Source: Scyliorhinus canicula (Eukaryota). From it: a stretch of 64,000 nucleotides of DNA. The notes below the pieces were generated by a model. The model had not been told where the DNA came from. It made no database searches and saw nothing but the letters and a program-made list of their open reading frames with translations. The stretch's first letter is position 1. The number at the start of each line of letters is the position of its first letter. The translations under genes were made by a program, and so were the position numbers. Location: NCBI RefSeq assembly GCF_902713615.1, contig NC_052146.1, positions 69,335,238 to 69,399,237 of the forward strand, read 5' to 3'. Shown piece by piece: positions 25,735 through 39,167 of the stretch.

Positions 25735-25839
25735 TAAAATTTGTCTTTTGTCGATATATTTCCCTGTTATGAACCCTATGGATAGTGTTGGCAGTTCACA
25801 ATTTAAAGTGAAGAAAATATCTTCTCTGCTGGAGTTTCC

Positions 25840-26620
25840 TTAGGGCTAGGCAGCTGAAGACTAGCAATGGTGGAGCAATTCTAATCAAGGATGATGAAGA
25901 GGCCAGAATTTGATGAGCATCGGAATCTGGGAAGATTGGAGGCTGGAGGAGATTGCAGAGATAGGAAGGAATGATGCCATGGAGAGATTTGAAAACAAAG
26001 ATGAGAATTTAATAACAAGCTATTGCTTTACTAAGAGTAATTCAGCCAGCATGGGGATAATAGCTTAATGGTTCTTGGTGCCTGTAAGGACATAGATTGC
26101 AGAGATTTTGCCAACCTCAAGTTTACAGAGGGTAGAAAGTTGGAGGCTGTCAAAAATTGCACAGGAATAGTCATGTCAAGAGGTAACAAAGGCATGGATT
26201 GTGTGGAGTTTACACATTCTCCCCATGTTTGCACGGGTCTCACCCCCACAATCCAAAGATATGCAGGGTAAATGGATTGGCCATGATAAATTGCCCCTTA
26301 ATTTGAAAAAAGAATTGGGTACTCTAATTTTTTTTTAAAACAGAGGCACGAATAAGGTTTCAGCAGCAGATGAGCAAATGCAGACATGGATTCAGGTGAT
26401 GTTACAGAGGTAGGGATTGGCGGCATGGATGTGTGAGTTGAAACTCTTCTGAGGTCAACTATGACAGCAACTTTGCAAACTGTCTGACACTCCCTTAGAC
26501 AGTTACCAATACCAGGGAGCAGGGCACAGTTGGCATCTAGGGAACAGAGTTTGCATTGAGAACCAAAGACAATAGCTTCAGTCTTCCCAATATTTAATTT
26601 TGGAGGGAATTTCTGGTCTT
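25840..26620 (-). mobile_element. Degraded L2 LINE fragment carrying a truncated short V-SINE at 26196-26340 (+)
   Basis: GGAGGAGATTGCAGAGATAGG...CCATGGAGAGATTTGAAAACAAAGATGAGAATTT is L2 C-terminal sequence on the minus strand. The SINE's 3' half has the A-rich tail. Confidence 0.6.
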
Positions 26621-27359
26621 TGGCTTAAAAGAGAGATGTGTTGTTGATGCTCACATTTTCCACGTATCGAGCCAAATGCAAGAAGTTCAAATTATCACAA
26701 CAACTTATAATACAGGGGAAAAGCGGTGTTGATTTGCTGTGGCATTGCCAGGGAGGAAGGAATGGGCAACTAAAGGCTCCCATGTTCTTGGGTAATTCAA
26801 TAAAGGTGCCACACTTGAACATATTTCTTTTGTTTGCAGAGTCCGGCTCTCTGTGTATTAATGCATGTTGCTTTTAGGTACTGTGAGATTTCAGGTGTAC
26901 AAGCTGTATGTCCCAATGATTGGCAAATCAATTCAAACAAGTGTATTTAGCTGTTCATAACAGGCAGAGTGCAGATAGTACTCCACTATCCCATGCTTTC
27001 AAAACCTCAAACAAAATGTCGACTGATGAATGGGATCTTGTGATTGGGCAGCACTTACTGAACAATCCAGGATCTGCTAATAGTTACACTAACAACTGAT
27101 TGGTCAAGCTCATAATGCAGCCCACTTCTGTTTGCTAGAAAATATATACATTTATATGCAGGGACCTGTTCTCTGCAAACAAAAGAAATATGTTCAAGCC
27201 GTGTCCAGTTTTTTCAATTGCGTGGAAGATGCCGAGCCTTTAGTTCCCTGTAACTTTCTCCATAGCAACAGTTCAGCCAATCAGAGTAAATTTAGGGTCG
27301 GGGAGCAGGAGGAGGCCATTTGGTTCATCTGAGTTTGCTCCACGATTTCATTAGCGCAT

Positions 27360-28013
27360 GGCCGGGATTCTCTGATCCCATGGCCGAGTTCTGACGCCAC
27401 TCTGGCGTCAACCAGGCCCAGGTATTCACCCTTTCCTAGGGGGCTAGTATGGCACCGGAGTGCTGTCCGCTGCTCCGGTGCTCGAAAGCCAGCACGCCAT
27501 GGCCGGCGCGAGTCCGCACATGCTCATAGGTTTCCGAATCCGCTCTGGCCCCCGGGCAACATGGCGGAGCCCTCCAGGTGTCCGGCACGGAGAAACATAG
27601 GCCCCCCCACGGAACTAACCCACCCACTGATTCGTAGGCCTGAGTGTGGGCCAGGCCACCGTGGAGGCCCCCCCCCCCAGAGGCAGATCGCCCCGCAACC
27701 TCCCCCCACCCCCCCACCAGGACAGCCACCGCAGCCAGAACTCCAAGGCCCACCAGGTGGGCCCATACGTAACCCACGCTCGTGGGACTCAGCCGAACTC
27801 GGCCCGTCTAGGCGCGGAGAATTGCCGGGGGGGGGGGGGGGGGGGTGGGGGGGGGGGGCTTTCAACGGCCACCAACCGGCGCGGCAGTGATCCTGCGGGC
27901 GCCCGGGAATCTGCGCTGGAGAATCGGCGGGCCAGCGTCGGAGCGGCGTGGGCCAATTCTTGCGCCTCCCCCGGCGATTCTCCGACCCGCTGCGGGATCG
28001 GAGAATCCCTGCC
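27360..28013. mobile_element. Harbinger-type non-autonomous element (MITE), 654 bp
   Basis: 20-bp TIRs, 18/20 match (GGCCGGGATTCTCTGATCCC versus GGCAGGGATTCTCCGATCCC). 3-bp TSD CAT at 27357-27359 and 28014-28016. GC-rich and non-coding. Confidence 0.78.
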
Positions 28014-28016
28014 CAT

Positions 28017-29100
28017 AGCTCTAGACATGACTATTCCTGTGCATCAATGCAACTTTCCTGCACTATCGCTGCATACCGTGATGTCATTAGTATTCAGAAA
28101 TCTCCCAATTTCTGTCTTGAACATGCTCAATGATTAAGCTTTCACAGCCCTCTGAGGTAGATTCACCACCCACTGAATGAAGAAATTCCTTCTCATCTCA
28201 GTCTGAAATCATCTGCCCTTTATTCTGAGACAAAGTCCCCTGGTTCGAGACACACCAGCCAGGGGAAACATTTTCTCTACATCTTCCCTGATGAATCCTG
28301 TAAGAATTTGCTAAATTTCAATAAGATCACCTCCCATTTTTCAAAACTCTAGAGTATAATTTCCTCAATCGATCATCATAAGACAATTCTGCCATCCCAG
28401 GAATTATTCTGATGAACCTCCATTGTAGTCTCTCTATAGAAAGTATATCCTGCTTTAGTTAAGGAGACCAAAACTGTGTTCAAACGTCATGCTTGGTCTG
28501 ACCAAGGTTCTATATAATTGCAGCAAGACATCTTTACACCTGGATTTGACTCCCCATGTGATGAAGGCCAACTTACCATATACATTCCTAATTGCTTTGA
28601 GACCTGCCTGTCCATGGCACCATGGACAGTTGCCTGCTTCCCTAATTAAACACCTGTAACTATTGCTCTCTTATTCTTCTTCCTTTCCTCCCATGAAGCA
28701 CAGCCACCCATGGTGCAATGGACTTGGTCCTTGCTCTACTGGTCTGAGGAACCATCACCCTCACCAGTGTTCAAAATGGAAAACTATTTGGCGAGTGAGG
28801 TCAACTCAGGGGACTCCTGCACTACCGGCCTAGTTCTCATAGACTGTGAAAACTATCATTTGCCTTTCTGCCCGATTCTCCTAACCAGTGGTGTGACCAT
28901 CTCCTAAAATGTGAATCCATTTAATTCTCTGTCTTACAGATGCACCTCATTGACTCCATCTATTGCTTGAGATCTAAAACCTGGAGCTCAGGGTTCTGCA
29001 GCCAGTGACACTTTCTACCGATGTCTAGGACACAAGGTGTGTCTATGACTTCCCACATTCCACAGGATGCACATTCCACTCGGTCGAGCTGCTCACCATA
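28017..29100 (-). mobile_element. CR1 remnants (3' region plus an ORF1-like piece), internally deleted
   Basis: CR1 3' coding sequence on the minus strand at 28040-28620. MWEVIDTPCV...RKCHWLQ-like ORF1 Zn-finger remnant at about 28950-29060. Confidence 0.6.
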
Positions 29101-29884
29101 CCTTAACGTCACAAACTATTTGTTACATGTCCAATAAGTAGAATAACTCACAATTTATTCCCCAATCAGCTTATTACCCTGTACCAAAATAAGAACCAAA
29201 TACTGGATGCTGTAAAGGGTAGAAAATAAAGTAACTAATCCTTCCCCTCTTCCCCTAACTTTCTCACTTATCAAAGTCTCAGTTTCTCATCCTGTCAAGT
29301 CTCACTCAGTGCACAATGAACTTGTATTCTATTGAGACTCAGAAACAAATCAGTTATGTTGCAGCTACAGAAACTAGATTAATCCAGCTTCCTAACTAAC
29401 TATTCTTAACATCTGTTCTCCAGCGGACAGCTTATTTATCCCTGCTTGAGACTGGAAGAAATTTAAATTCAGTGGATTTAATTAAATGCTAAATGCGACC
29501 AAAACTAAATTTGTAGGAAAAAAACCCCTAAGATTCCCTCACTCACCAAACTCCCAGCTGTGGCTTTGTCAAATCCCACTGCACTGGCTTGCCACCCAAC
29601 CCACTTTTCTCTTCTATTTAAATTTAAATTGTTGTGGTCACTTGAAATTTGACTTTCTTGCATTTGTTTAGATTAGTGCAAAATGAAAAATGTTGGCAGC
29701 ATGTCTTCCTTTTCAGCAATATTCATGCAATGATCAGACAGTTCAAAATGGAATCAGCAACTGCAGCCCCACCCAACTGGATGATGGCAGAGAAAAATTG
29801 GAAGAGGATGATGTGGTCCACAATGTCAAAGGCAGCAAGCGGATGGAGGAGGACCGGAAGGTAGTTTGCTTTCGTCAACTAATT

Positions 29885-30295
29885 TAAGATATCATTTGTG
29901 ACTTTGATGAGAGCTCTTTCGGTACTGTGACAGAGGCAGAAACTTGATTGGAGGGATTCAAAATAGAGTTCCTGTATGGATGGGCACATAGTTAGGAGGC
30001 CACACCACATTAAAGAACTTACGAAATGAAAGGGAAGTTGGGGACGAGGCAGTATTAGCTTGATAATAGTTTTGAAGTAGAGAGGGATCTTACCCGAAGA
30101 GAGAGCATTAACAATATCAGGTAATATGGGCACCAGGAAGGGAGAGTGGGTGGTCAGCAGATTTATGGAAATAGGATGAAGAAAGCAGGAAGTGAGTCTC
30201 ATCGACATGATGAGTTTAGAACGCGCATGAGACGATATCAGAGGAACTAGGGAAAGATGCGAGTTCAGAACAGTGGTAGGAGACGGCAAAGACAT
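29885..30295 (-). mobile_element. L2 LINE RT fragment
   Basis: ESLQSSFCLCHSTERALIKVTNDIL matches the L2 motif QSGFRxxHSTETALxKVTND. Confidence 0.78.
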
Positions 30296-30477
30296 GTTAA
30301 GTGTTCGGATGAGAATTTTAAACTCGAGACATTTCAGGACAAGAATGATCTGACCCAGTTATTGCTGCAATTATTTAGTATCCCAGTAAATCGGAGCGCA
30401 GTGTTCCGAACTGTATTTGCATTTCCCTTCATTAAAATTTGGTTTTCATTTGAAGAAGCCACCAAAGATGGGGTCAT

Positions 30478-33400
30478 TAAAAAAAAAATTTTTAATAAAT
30501 AATTTTTATTCAGATTTTCACAAAATATCAATAACAGAAAATATTAACAAAAAACAAAAATATTAACAATTAAGAAAAACAAAAAAGAACAACCCCCCCC
30601 CGTTAAGTACAAAAAGAAGAAGGAGATTAACACCCGTCATAACCAAAGAACACATGTACACGCCCCTTCATCCCAACCCACCAAAACGACCACACCCCCG
30701 GGCTGCTGCTGCTGCTGGCCTTTTTTTTCCCTCCCGTTCTGCCAGGAAATCCAAGAAAGGCTGCCACCGCCTGAAAAACCCCAGTACTGATCCCCTCAGG
30801 GCAACTTTCACCCTCTCCAATTTGATGAACCCCGCCATATCATTGATCCAGGCCTCCACGCTTGGGGGCCTCGTATCCTTCCACTGAAGAAGAATCCTCC
30901 GCCGGGCTACTAGGGACGCAAAGGCCAGAACACCGGCCTCTTTCGCCTCCTGCACTCCCAGCTCCACTGCAACCCCAAATATTGCGAGTCCCCAGCCTGG
31001 CTTGACCCTGGATCCTACCACCCTCGATACCGTCCTTGCTACACCCTTCCAAAATTCCCCCAGCGCTGGGCATGCCCAGAACATATGGGCATGATTCTCT
31101 GGGCTCCCCGAGCACCTAGTACACCTGTCTTTGCCCCCAAAGAACATACTCATCCTCGTCCCGATCATATAAGCCCTATGTAGCACCTAGGAACTTTATG
31201 AGGTTAAGCCTCGCACATGAAGAGGAGTAGTTCACTCTTTCCAGAGCATCTGCCCACGTCCCCTCCTCAATCTCCTCACCCAGCTCTTCTTCCCATTTAC
31301 CCTTCAGCTCCTCCACCGAGGCCTCGTCTACCTCCTGCATCACTTGGTATCTGTTCGAAATCCTCCCCCCTCCAACCCACACCCCCAAAAGCACCCTGTC
31401 CTGGACCCCACATGGGGGCAACAGAGGGAACCCCACCACCTGCCGCCTGGCAAACGCCCTTACCTGCATATACCTAAAAATGTTCCCCGGGGGGAGCCCA
31501 AAATTCTCCTCTAACTCACCTAGGCTCGCAAACTTCCCATCTACAAACAGGTCCCTCAACATCCTAACACCTACCCTGTGCGAACTCAGGAACCCGCCAT
31601 CGATTCTCCCTGGAACAAACTGGTGGTTCCCCCGTATCGGGGACCTCATCGAGACCCCCACCTCCCCCTGTGCCATCGCCATTGCCCCCAAATGTTGAGG
31701 GTAGCCGCCACCACCGGGCTCGTGGTATACGTGGTACCCACAGAATTTGGGCAGTGCCAGCCCCCCCTATCCCTGCCCCGTTCCAAAAACACCCTTCTCA
31801 ACCTCGGGGTCCCGTGTGCCCATACAAATCCCGTAATACTCCTGTTGACCCTCCTAAAAAAGCCTTCGGGATAAGGATGGGGAGGCACTGGAACAGGAAC
31901 AAAAACCTCAGGAGCACCCTGCCCGCCAGCGACAGGGGCAACATGTCCCATCTTTTAAACTCCTCCTCCATTTGCTCCACCAGCCTTATAAGGTTAAATT
32001 TGTGTAGGGCCCCCCAGCTCCTGGCCATCTGGACTCCCAGGTACCTAAAACTCCTCTCCACACTTTTTAGTGGGAGCCTACCAATCCCCTCCTCCTGGTC
32101 CCCCAGGTGCATGACGAACAGCTCGCTCTTACCCAGATTGAGCTTATACCCTGAGAAGTCCCCAAAGTCCCTGAGAATCTTCATCACCTCCGGCATTCCC
32201 CCCAATGGGTCCGCCACATATAACAATAGGTAATCCGCATAAAGCGACACTCGGGGCTCCTCCCCACCCCGCACCAGTCCCCTCCAGTTCCTCGACTCCC
32301 TCAACGCCATGGCCAGGGGTTTGATCGCCAACGCAAAGAGCAAGGGGGACAAGGGACACCCCTGTCTCGTCCCTCGGTATAACCGAAAATACTCCGATCT
32401 CCTCCTATTCGTGGCCACGCTCGCCATCGGGGCCTCATATAACAGCCTCACCCAACTGACAAACCCCTCCCCAAACCCAAACCTTTCCAGCACCTCCCAC
32501 GAGCACCCCCACTCAACCCTATCAAAGGCCTTCTCAGCGTCTAGCACCACCACTATCTCCGCTTCCCCCACTACCGCCGGCATCATAATGACATTCAAGA
32601 GCCTCCGTATGTTGGTGTTCAGCTGCCTTCCCTTCACGAACCCCGTCTGGTCCTCGTGGATGACCCACGGCACACAGTCCTCTATCCTTGTGGCCAAGAT
32701 CTTCGCCAACAGCTTGGCATCTACATTTAACAGCGAGATCGGCCTGTATGAACCCATCCGGCCCCGGCCCCTTCCCCGACTGCATGCTCCCTATCCCTTT
32801 GACCAGCTCCTCCAGCTCAACCGGCACCCCCAGTCCCTCCACCTGTCCCTCCTCCACCTTCGGGAATCTCAGCTGGTCCAAGAAGCGCCCCATTCCCCTT
32901 CCCCTCCGCTGGAGGTTCAGACCGATACAATTCCCCGTAAAAGTCCCTGAAGACTCCATTGATGTCTGCCCCCTTCGCACCACATTCCCTCCCCTATCCT
33001 TAACTCCACCAATCTCCCTGGCCGCATCCCGCTTACGGAACTGATGCGCCAGCAGCCTACTCGCCTTCTCCCCATATTCATAAACCGCTCCCTGTGCCTT
33101 CCTCCACTGAGCTTCCACCTTTCTGGTGGTCAGTAAGTCGAACTTGGCCTGAAGACTACGCCGCTCCCACAGCAATCCCTCCTCTGGAGCCTCCAAGTAC
33201 CTCCTATCCACCCTCACCAACTCCCCCACCAGCCTCTCCCTCTCTCTCTGCTTTCTCCTCTCCCTATGTGCTTGGATGGAGATCAACTCCCCCCTGACCA
33301 CCACCTTCAGCGCCTCCCAGACCGTCCCCACTCGGACCTCCCCATTATCATTGGCCTCCAGGTACCTCTTGATACATCCTCGAACCCGCCCGCCCATCTC

Positions 33401-33697
33401 CTCATCTGCCAGCAGGCCCACCTCCAAGCGCCAGAGTAGCCGCTGGTCTCTCTCCTCCCCCAGCTCGAGGTCCACCCAATGCGGGGCATGATCCGAAATG
33501 ACTATCGCCGAATATTCGGCATCCTCCACCCTCGAAACCAGCCCCCTGCTCATAATAAAAAAATCGATCCGGGAATAGGCCTTATGCACATGGGAGAAGA
33601 ATGAAAACTCCCTGGCCCTCGGCCTCGCAAACCTCCATGGATCCACCCCTCCCAACTGGTCCATAAACCCCCTCAACACCTTAGCCGCCACTTGCCT
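30478..33697 (-). mobile_element. L1-clade LINE, 5'-truncated within the EN domain
   Basis: ORF2 pieces of 385, 319 and 172 aa with EN (YSRIDFF, SDHAP), RT (YRPISLLNVDAK, RGTRQGCPLSPLLF) and C-terminal CxxC/HMFWAC motifs. 10-bp TSD ATGGGGTCAT at 30468-30477 and 33698-33707. Confidence 0.94.
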
Positions 33698-34879
33698 ATG
33701 GGGTCATAAAATTGGGCCACTGGCCTTTCGTTGACAAATGGCACGTATCTGTGGCCAAGGTTGCATTGTTAATGGCCAGATGGGCTTAGTCGAACTTTAC
33801 TCCTGTGTACTAAAGTTCAGGCACTTGAATAGCGCGCAGCAGAGCTTTTGATGAGCTGAAGTTTAGGGAGGATGAGAGATGTGTTTGATCAGAAGAGAAT
33901 TGAAAGAATAGAATCTGGAGATACTAATATCAGGAATAAGGGGCTGAGAAATAGGTGGGTTGAGGCAAGGAAATATTCCGGAGATCTAAATAGCTGAACT
34001 TTGTGATGGAGACGAAGTAGGGTCTAAGACTCAGCTGCGGGACTATAATACTATTCGATTGTAACTATGTATATAAATATGTAATGCAGGACAGTGATAT
34101 TCTTCATTTATTTTCGTAAAATTACCCTTTAATCTTATTTAGACGTTTTAAAGAAGCCTTGAATTGGCCAGACACATTCTACACATTGCATTGCGGTTGT
34201 ATATATTGCAATCAGAGGATGTGGCATAAAATGTAGTTTAGCAGTTGTGACCTTTAGGACCCGTCTTGCTATTACTAAGTTCCATCTGATGGCACAAATA
34301 TATTGTAGTCCTGTGCACAAATGGCTACAACAGGAGGTGTGTTGCGGTGAGAGGTGTTATAATTTCATTAAACCTGCGAGATTCTCAGCTCCGGAGGCAT
34401 GCGTGACATTATATTCCCACCACGGGCCAAAAGCAATGTGTATTGCATAATTAATTTTGATTAGTGCATTGCTTGGAGCAATCAAGCATCGCTTTTATCT
34501 GCACCCTTTGATTTGGTTTTCTGTCAGATTCTCTTACGCACGCATCATTTTTTCTTGTCTTTCTATCTCTTCAATCTGCCATCAGATTGAAATACCTAGC
34601 TGGACATTCACCACAGCAGAAGTATCAGCAGAATTCCCTTGAATTATCTTGATAGCCTTTTATTGAACGAGATTTATAGCCAATAGAATGATAAAGACAT
34701 TTAGATGCGTGGATATGCTTTAGCATTAAACTGGAGAATTAGATGCAAATGCGAAAATAAATTGGTTTTATTTTATTTTATCAACATATTTTGTTTATTA
34801 ACATAGTGCAAGCAGTTGTTTATCAGCAGCAGCTGCAAACATTGCCTTGGAAACAATTGTTTGTGTTCCAAATGCAAAA

Positions 34880-36320
34880 TTCGCCTTGAATTTCCCCCGG
34901 CGTTCATCTGCGGGAGATTGGCGGAATTTTCGGAGAAAACGGTTCAAAACGGCCTTTCCACAGTTACAATTTCCCACAGTAGGGTTTCCGCCGAGGTTCT
35001 GGTGGGCGATCGGGGAGCAGCCGAATTCCTGGGCTAACGTTGGGGGCCAAATTCCGCTTAGCGATCGCCGGGACGTAATTCTTTTCAGGTGAAAGGGCGG
35101 AGATTCACATGGTGAGCAAATCAGAATCAAACTTCGACCAAATCCAGCCAAAAAAAAATCAGGATCATCCTCTATTAAAGACGTAACTCTCGTTCCTCTG
35201 TTTGAATTCGGCTCACAGAGTCGTAGAGAAAAGGCCCTTAGGCGCCGGTCAACAACAACCACCCAAATATTCTAATCCCATTTTCCAGCACTTGGCCCAT
35301 TGCCCATTTCGCTGTTAAAATAAGTTTGGGGTCTATGCATACAGGGCTACAAAAATATTACAATCCTCCCATTTCCACATGAAACGTAAGTCATGAGCAG
35401 TGTTTGAGTATTGCTATTACTCTGCAGACAGAGAAACCACCTTGAGGTGCGATGTGACAGACAGCGTAGGCAACTTTCCTCGTTTCATTTCTTGTCTGAT
35501 ACTATGGGTGCTTACCCAGACGCGGTGCTGCTGTCTGCACGCAAAGTACTGCCTGATACTGTCACTTAGACGATTCCCTTTCTCTTTTCACCTGTCTGTT
35601 TTGCTAGTTGCATGTTGCCCTCGTTCCAAGCGTGCCAGCAAGATGGGGCAGAAGTTACAGCGTGAGAGAGTTGCGTGACGAAAAACATAGGGGAAAAGAC
35701 GAGAAAGACAACGGAGAGATTGCGAGTCGAAGTATTTTAATAATCGAAAGCTATGGGACTTGAAGGTCGGAGTTGGTGCCGCCTCAGCGACTGGTTTGGC
35801 TTCACTTTCCCCAGCGGTTTCGGACTTTGCGCTCGGGTTTGGGAAGCTAACAACAATAGCTGTATAATGTTAACACTCATGTCGTAACTTGGTGGCTGCA
35901 GTTGGCAATATGTATGTAAGGGGCAGGGGCGGTTATTTTGATAAAGGATGGAAACTGGGATTACATAAATGCAGCATTAGTCACAGCCTGTTTAAAAATG
36001 TGTTCAACACAGTTTTGGTCCTAATTGCTGATGATCATCATTTGAATTCGTCTGGAGGTATTGTAATAGACACCCGCAGGTTTCGTTGAGTAGGCACGGT
36101 GTCTGTGAAGCAATCTGTGGGCAGATTGCAGTCACTTACACTGAAGGCGGTTTGCTGAGCAGGCAGTGTCACTTCCAGGGTGGCTCTGGGATTGGACCGG
36201 TTCTGCAGCATAGCGCTAGAGATTCCAGTGCAGAAATCGAGAGGAGTGTCCTTTACCCCGGGGGAGGGGAGGGGAGGGGGACGTCTCCTGGTGACTCCGA
36301 CATACATAACAAAACACTTC
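34880..36320. other. CpG-rich non-repetitive region with several splice-site-like motifs (possible exons or promoter)
   Basis: Visibly high CpG density by eye and no TE motifs. Plus-strand acceptors and donors at 34806/35089, 35344/35386 and 35607/35662. Minus-strand GTAAG donors near 35518 and 36137. Confidence 0.35.
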
Positions 36321-37019
36321 GAGGATTTCTAATAATAATAATAATCACTTATTGTCACAAGTAGGCTTCAATTCAGTTACTGTGGAAGAAACGCTGGGTA
36401 AATGTTGATGAAATCTTGGCAAAACGCCCTTCACAGTCCCAGCAGTGATGATCACGAAACGGTGAGTCTCCCTTTAAGTGGTGCTTGAAATTGACTTTCT
36501 CAAATGTTTACTCATTCTCATGTTTACACGCGCGAACAGCTAGTTGCTCTCAGGAAAGGTCATCCGAAGTGCTGACCATCGCCTTGCAGCCTCTTTAATA
36601 AATGCTAGCAGATATTTAAAGCTGCAGTCTACTACTTCGCAAGTTTCCAAACCACATCTCCTCCAAGCATTGGCTTCAACCACTTTATAAAAAGGTAACA
36701 TCTTGCGCTAAATATAGGCTAAACCAGCATTTCAGAAGATTTCTGAGTACATTTCAGAAAGATAAAATTTGGCATAGTAAACAAAAAATAATAAAACATG
36801 GAGGTATGAAACCAAACAACTTGCTGAGAAAAAATGAGTACTAAATACAGATGAGTGTTAGAGTGACAGAGTGAGTGTGTGGGCTCACTCCCAGTCTCAG
36901 AGTGCTCACTCACATTCTCAACCTGAGAGTGCAGGATGGTGTGTGAGGGTGAGTGAGAAACCTGATACTAGGAATGAATCAGCCTTATAGAAAGACTCTG
37001 CCCCACACACATACATACC

Positions 37020-39167
37020 CTTACAATCCCACACCTACCTCTCTTTACTCCCTCTCACAGCCTCTACTCCCTCACGCTCTCTACCCTCCTCGCAGTCTTT
37101 AACCTCTTCACACTTCTCACCCCCTCACACTTTCTTCGCCCCTTACGGTCTCAAACCCCTCACAGTCTCTCGCCCTACACTCTCTCACCCCCTCACATTC
37201 TGTCACCCCCTCACACTTTGCCACCCCCTCACACTCTCTCACCCCCTCTCACACTCTCACCCCCTCTCACACTCACCCCCTCGCACTCTCTCACCCCCTC
37301 TCACCCCCTCACTCTCTCTCACCCCCTCACTCTCTCTCACCCCTCACTCTCTCACCCCCTCGCACTCTCTCACCCCCTCTCGCTCACCCCCTCACTCTCT
37401 CTCACCCCCTCACACTCTCTCACCCCCTCACTCTCTCACACCCCCTCACACTCTCTCACCCCTCACACCCTCACACTCTCTCAACCCCTAACACTCTCAT
37501 TCCGTCACACTCTCTAACCCCCTCACAGGCTCTCACCCCCTCACACTCTCTCACCCCCTCACACTCTCACCCCCGCACACACTCTCACCCCTCACACTCT
37601 CTCACCCCCCTCACTTTCTCACCTCCTCACAATCTCTCACCCCTCACACTCTCTCACCCCCCTCCTCACTCTCTCACCCCCTCTCACTCTCTCACCCCTC
37701 TCACTCTCTCACCCCCTCTCACTCTCTCACCCCCTCTCACTCTCTCACCCCCTCACACTCTCTCACCCCCGCACACACTCTCACCCCTCACACTCGCTCA
37801 CCCCCTCACACTCTCACACCCCCTCACACTCTCTCACCCCCTCACAATCTCTTGCCCCCTCTCACTCTCTCACCTCCTCACAATCTCTCACCCCTCACAC
37901 TCTCTCACCCCCTCTCACTCTCTCACCCCCTCTCACTCTCTCACCCCCTCTCACTCTCTCACCCCCTCTCACTCTCTCACCCCCTCACACTCTCTCACCC
38001 CCTCACACTCTCTCACCCCCTCACACTCTCTCACCCCTCACACTCTCACTCTCTCACCCCCTCTCACTCTCCCACCCCCTCTCACTCTCACACTCTCTCA
38101 CCCCCTCACACTCTCTCACCCCCTCTCACTCTCTCACCCCCTCTCATTCTCTCACCTTCTCACACTCTCTCACCCCCTCACACTCACCCCCTCTCACTCT
38201 CTCACCCCCTCACACTCTCTCACCCCGTCTCTCTCTCTCTCATCCCCTCACACTCTCTCACCCCCCAAACTCTCTCACCCCGTCTCTCTCTCNNNNNNNN
38301 NNNNNNNNNNNNNNNNNNNNNNNNNNNNNNNNNNNNNNNNNNNNNNNNNNNNNNNNNNNNNNNNNNNNNNNNNNNNTCACACTTGCCCCTTCACACACTC
38401 TCACCCCCTCACACACTCTCACCCCCTCACACTCTCTCACCCCCTCACACTCTCTCACCCCCTCACACTCTCTCACCCCCTCACTCACCCCCTCACACTC
38501 TCTCACCCCCTCACACTCTCTCACCCCCTCACAGTCTCTCATCCCCTCCCACTCTCTCACCCCCTCACTCACACCCTCATATTCTCTCACCCCCTCACAC
38601 TCTCTCACCGCCTCACATTCTCTCACACTCTCACCTCCTCACACTCTCTCACCAACTCACACTCTCACACCACTTCACACTTGCCCCCTTCACACACTCT
38701 CACCCCCTCACACTCTCTCACCCCCTCCCACTCTCTCACCCCCTCACACTCTCTCACCCCTTCACACTCTCTCACCCCCTCTCACTCTCTCACCCCGTCA
38801 CACTTGCCCCTTCACACACTCTCACCCCCTCACACACTCTCTCCCCCTCACACTCTCACCCCCTCCCACTCTCTCACCCCCTCACACTCTCTCACCCCGT
38901 CACACTTGCCCCTTCACACACTCTCACCCCCTCACACACTCTCACCCCTTCACACTCTCTCACCCTCTCCCACTCTCTCACCCCCTCAGACTCTCTCAAC
39001 CCCTCACACTCTCAATCTCCATCACACTCTCTCATTCTCAAACCTCTTACACTTTTAAACCACTTTTTACTCACACCTCACATTCGCTCACCCCCTCACA
39101 CGTACTCAAACCTTCACACTCTCAAACCCCTTCACTCTCTCTAATTTTCTCAACCATTCACACTCTT
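37020..39167. repeat. CT/CA-rich minisatellite, unit of about 16-18 bp (CACTCTCTCACCCCCT-like)
   Basis: Direct reading. Resumes at 43824-43895 beyond the inserted L1. Confidence 0.95.
38293..38376. other. Assembly gap (84 N)
   Basis: Run of N inside the minisatellite. Confidence 1.

Noticed and set aside
34798-35262. 154-aa minus-strand ORF
   Set aside because: No recognisable motif; long open frames are expected in GC-rich sequence.
37852-39144. 430-aa His/Pro/Ser/Leu/Thr-rich ORF and overlapping ORFs
   Set aside because: Translation of the minisatellite; it also spans the N gap.
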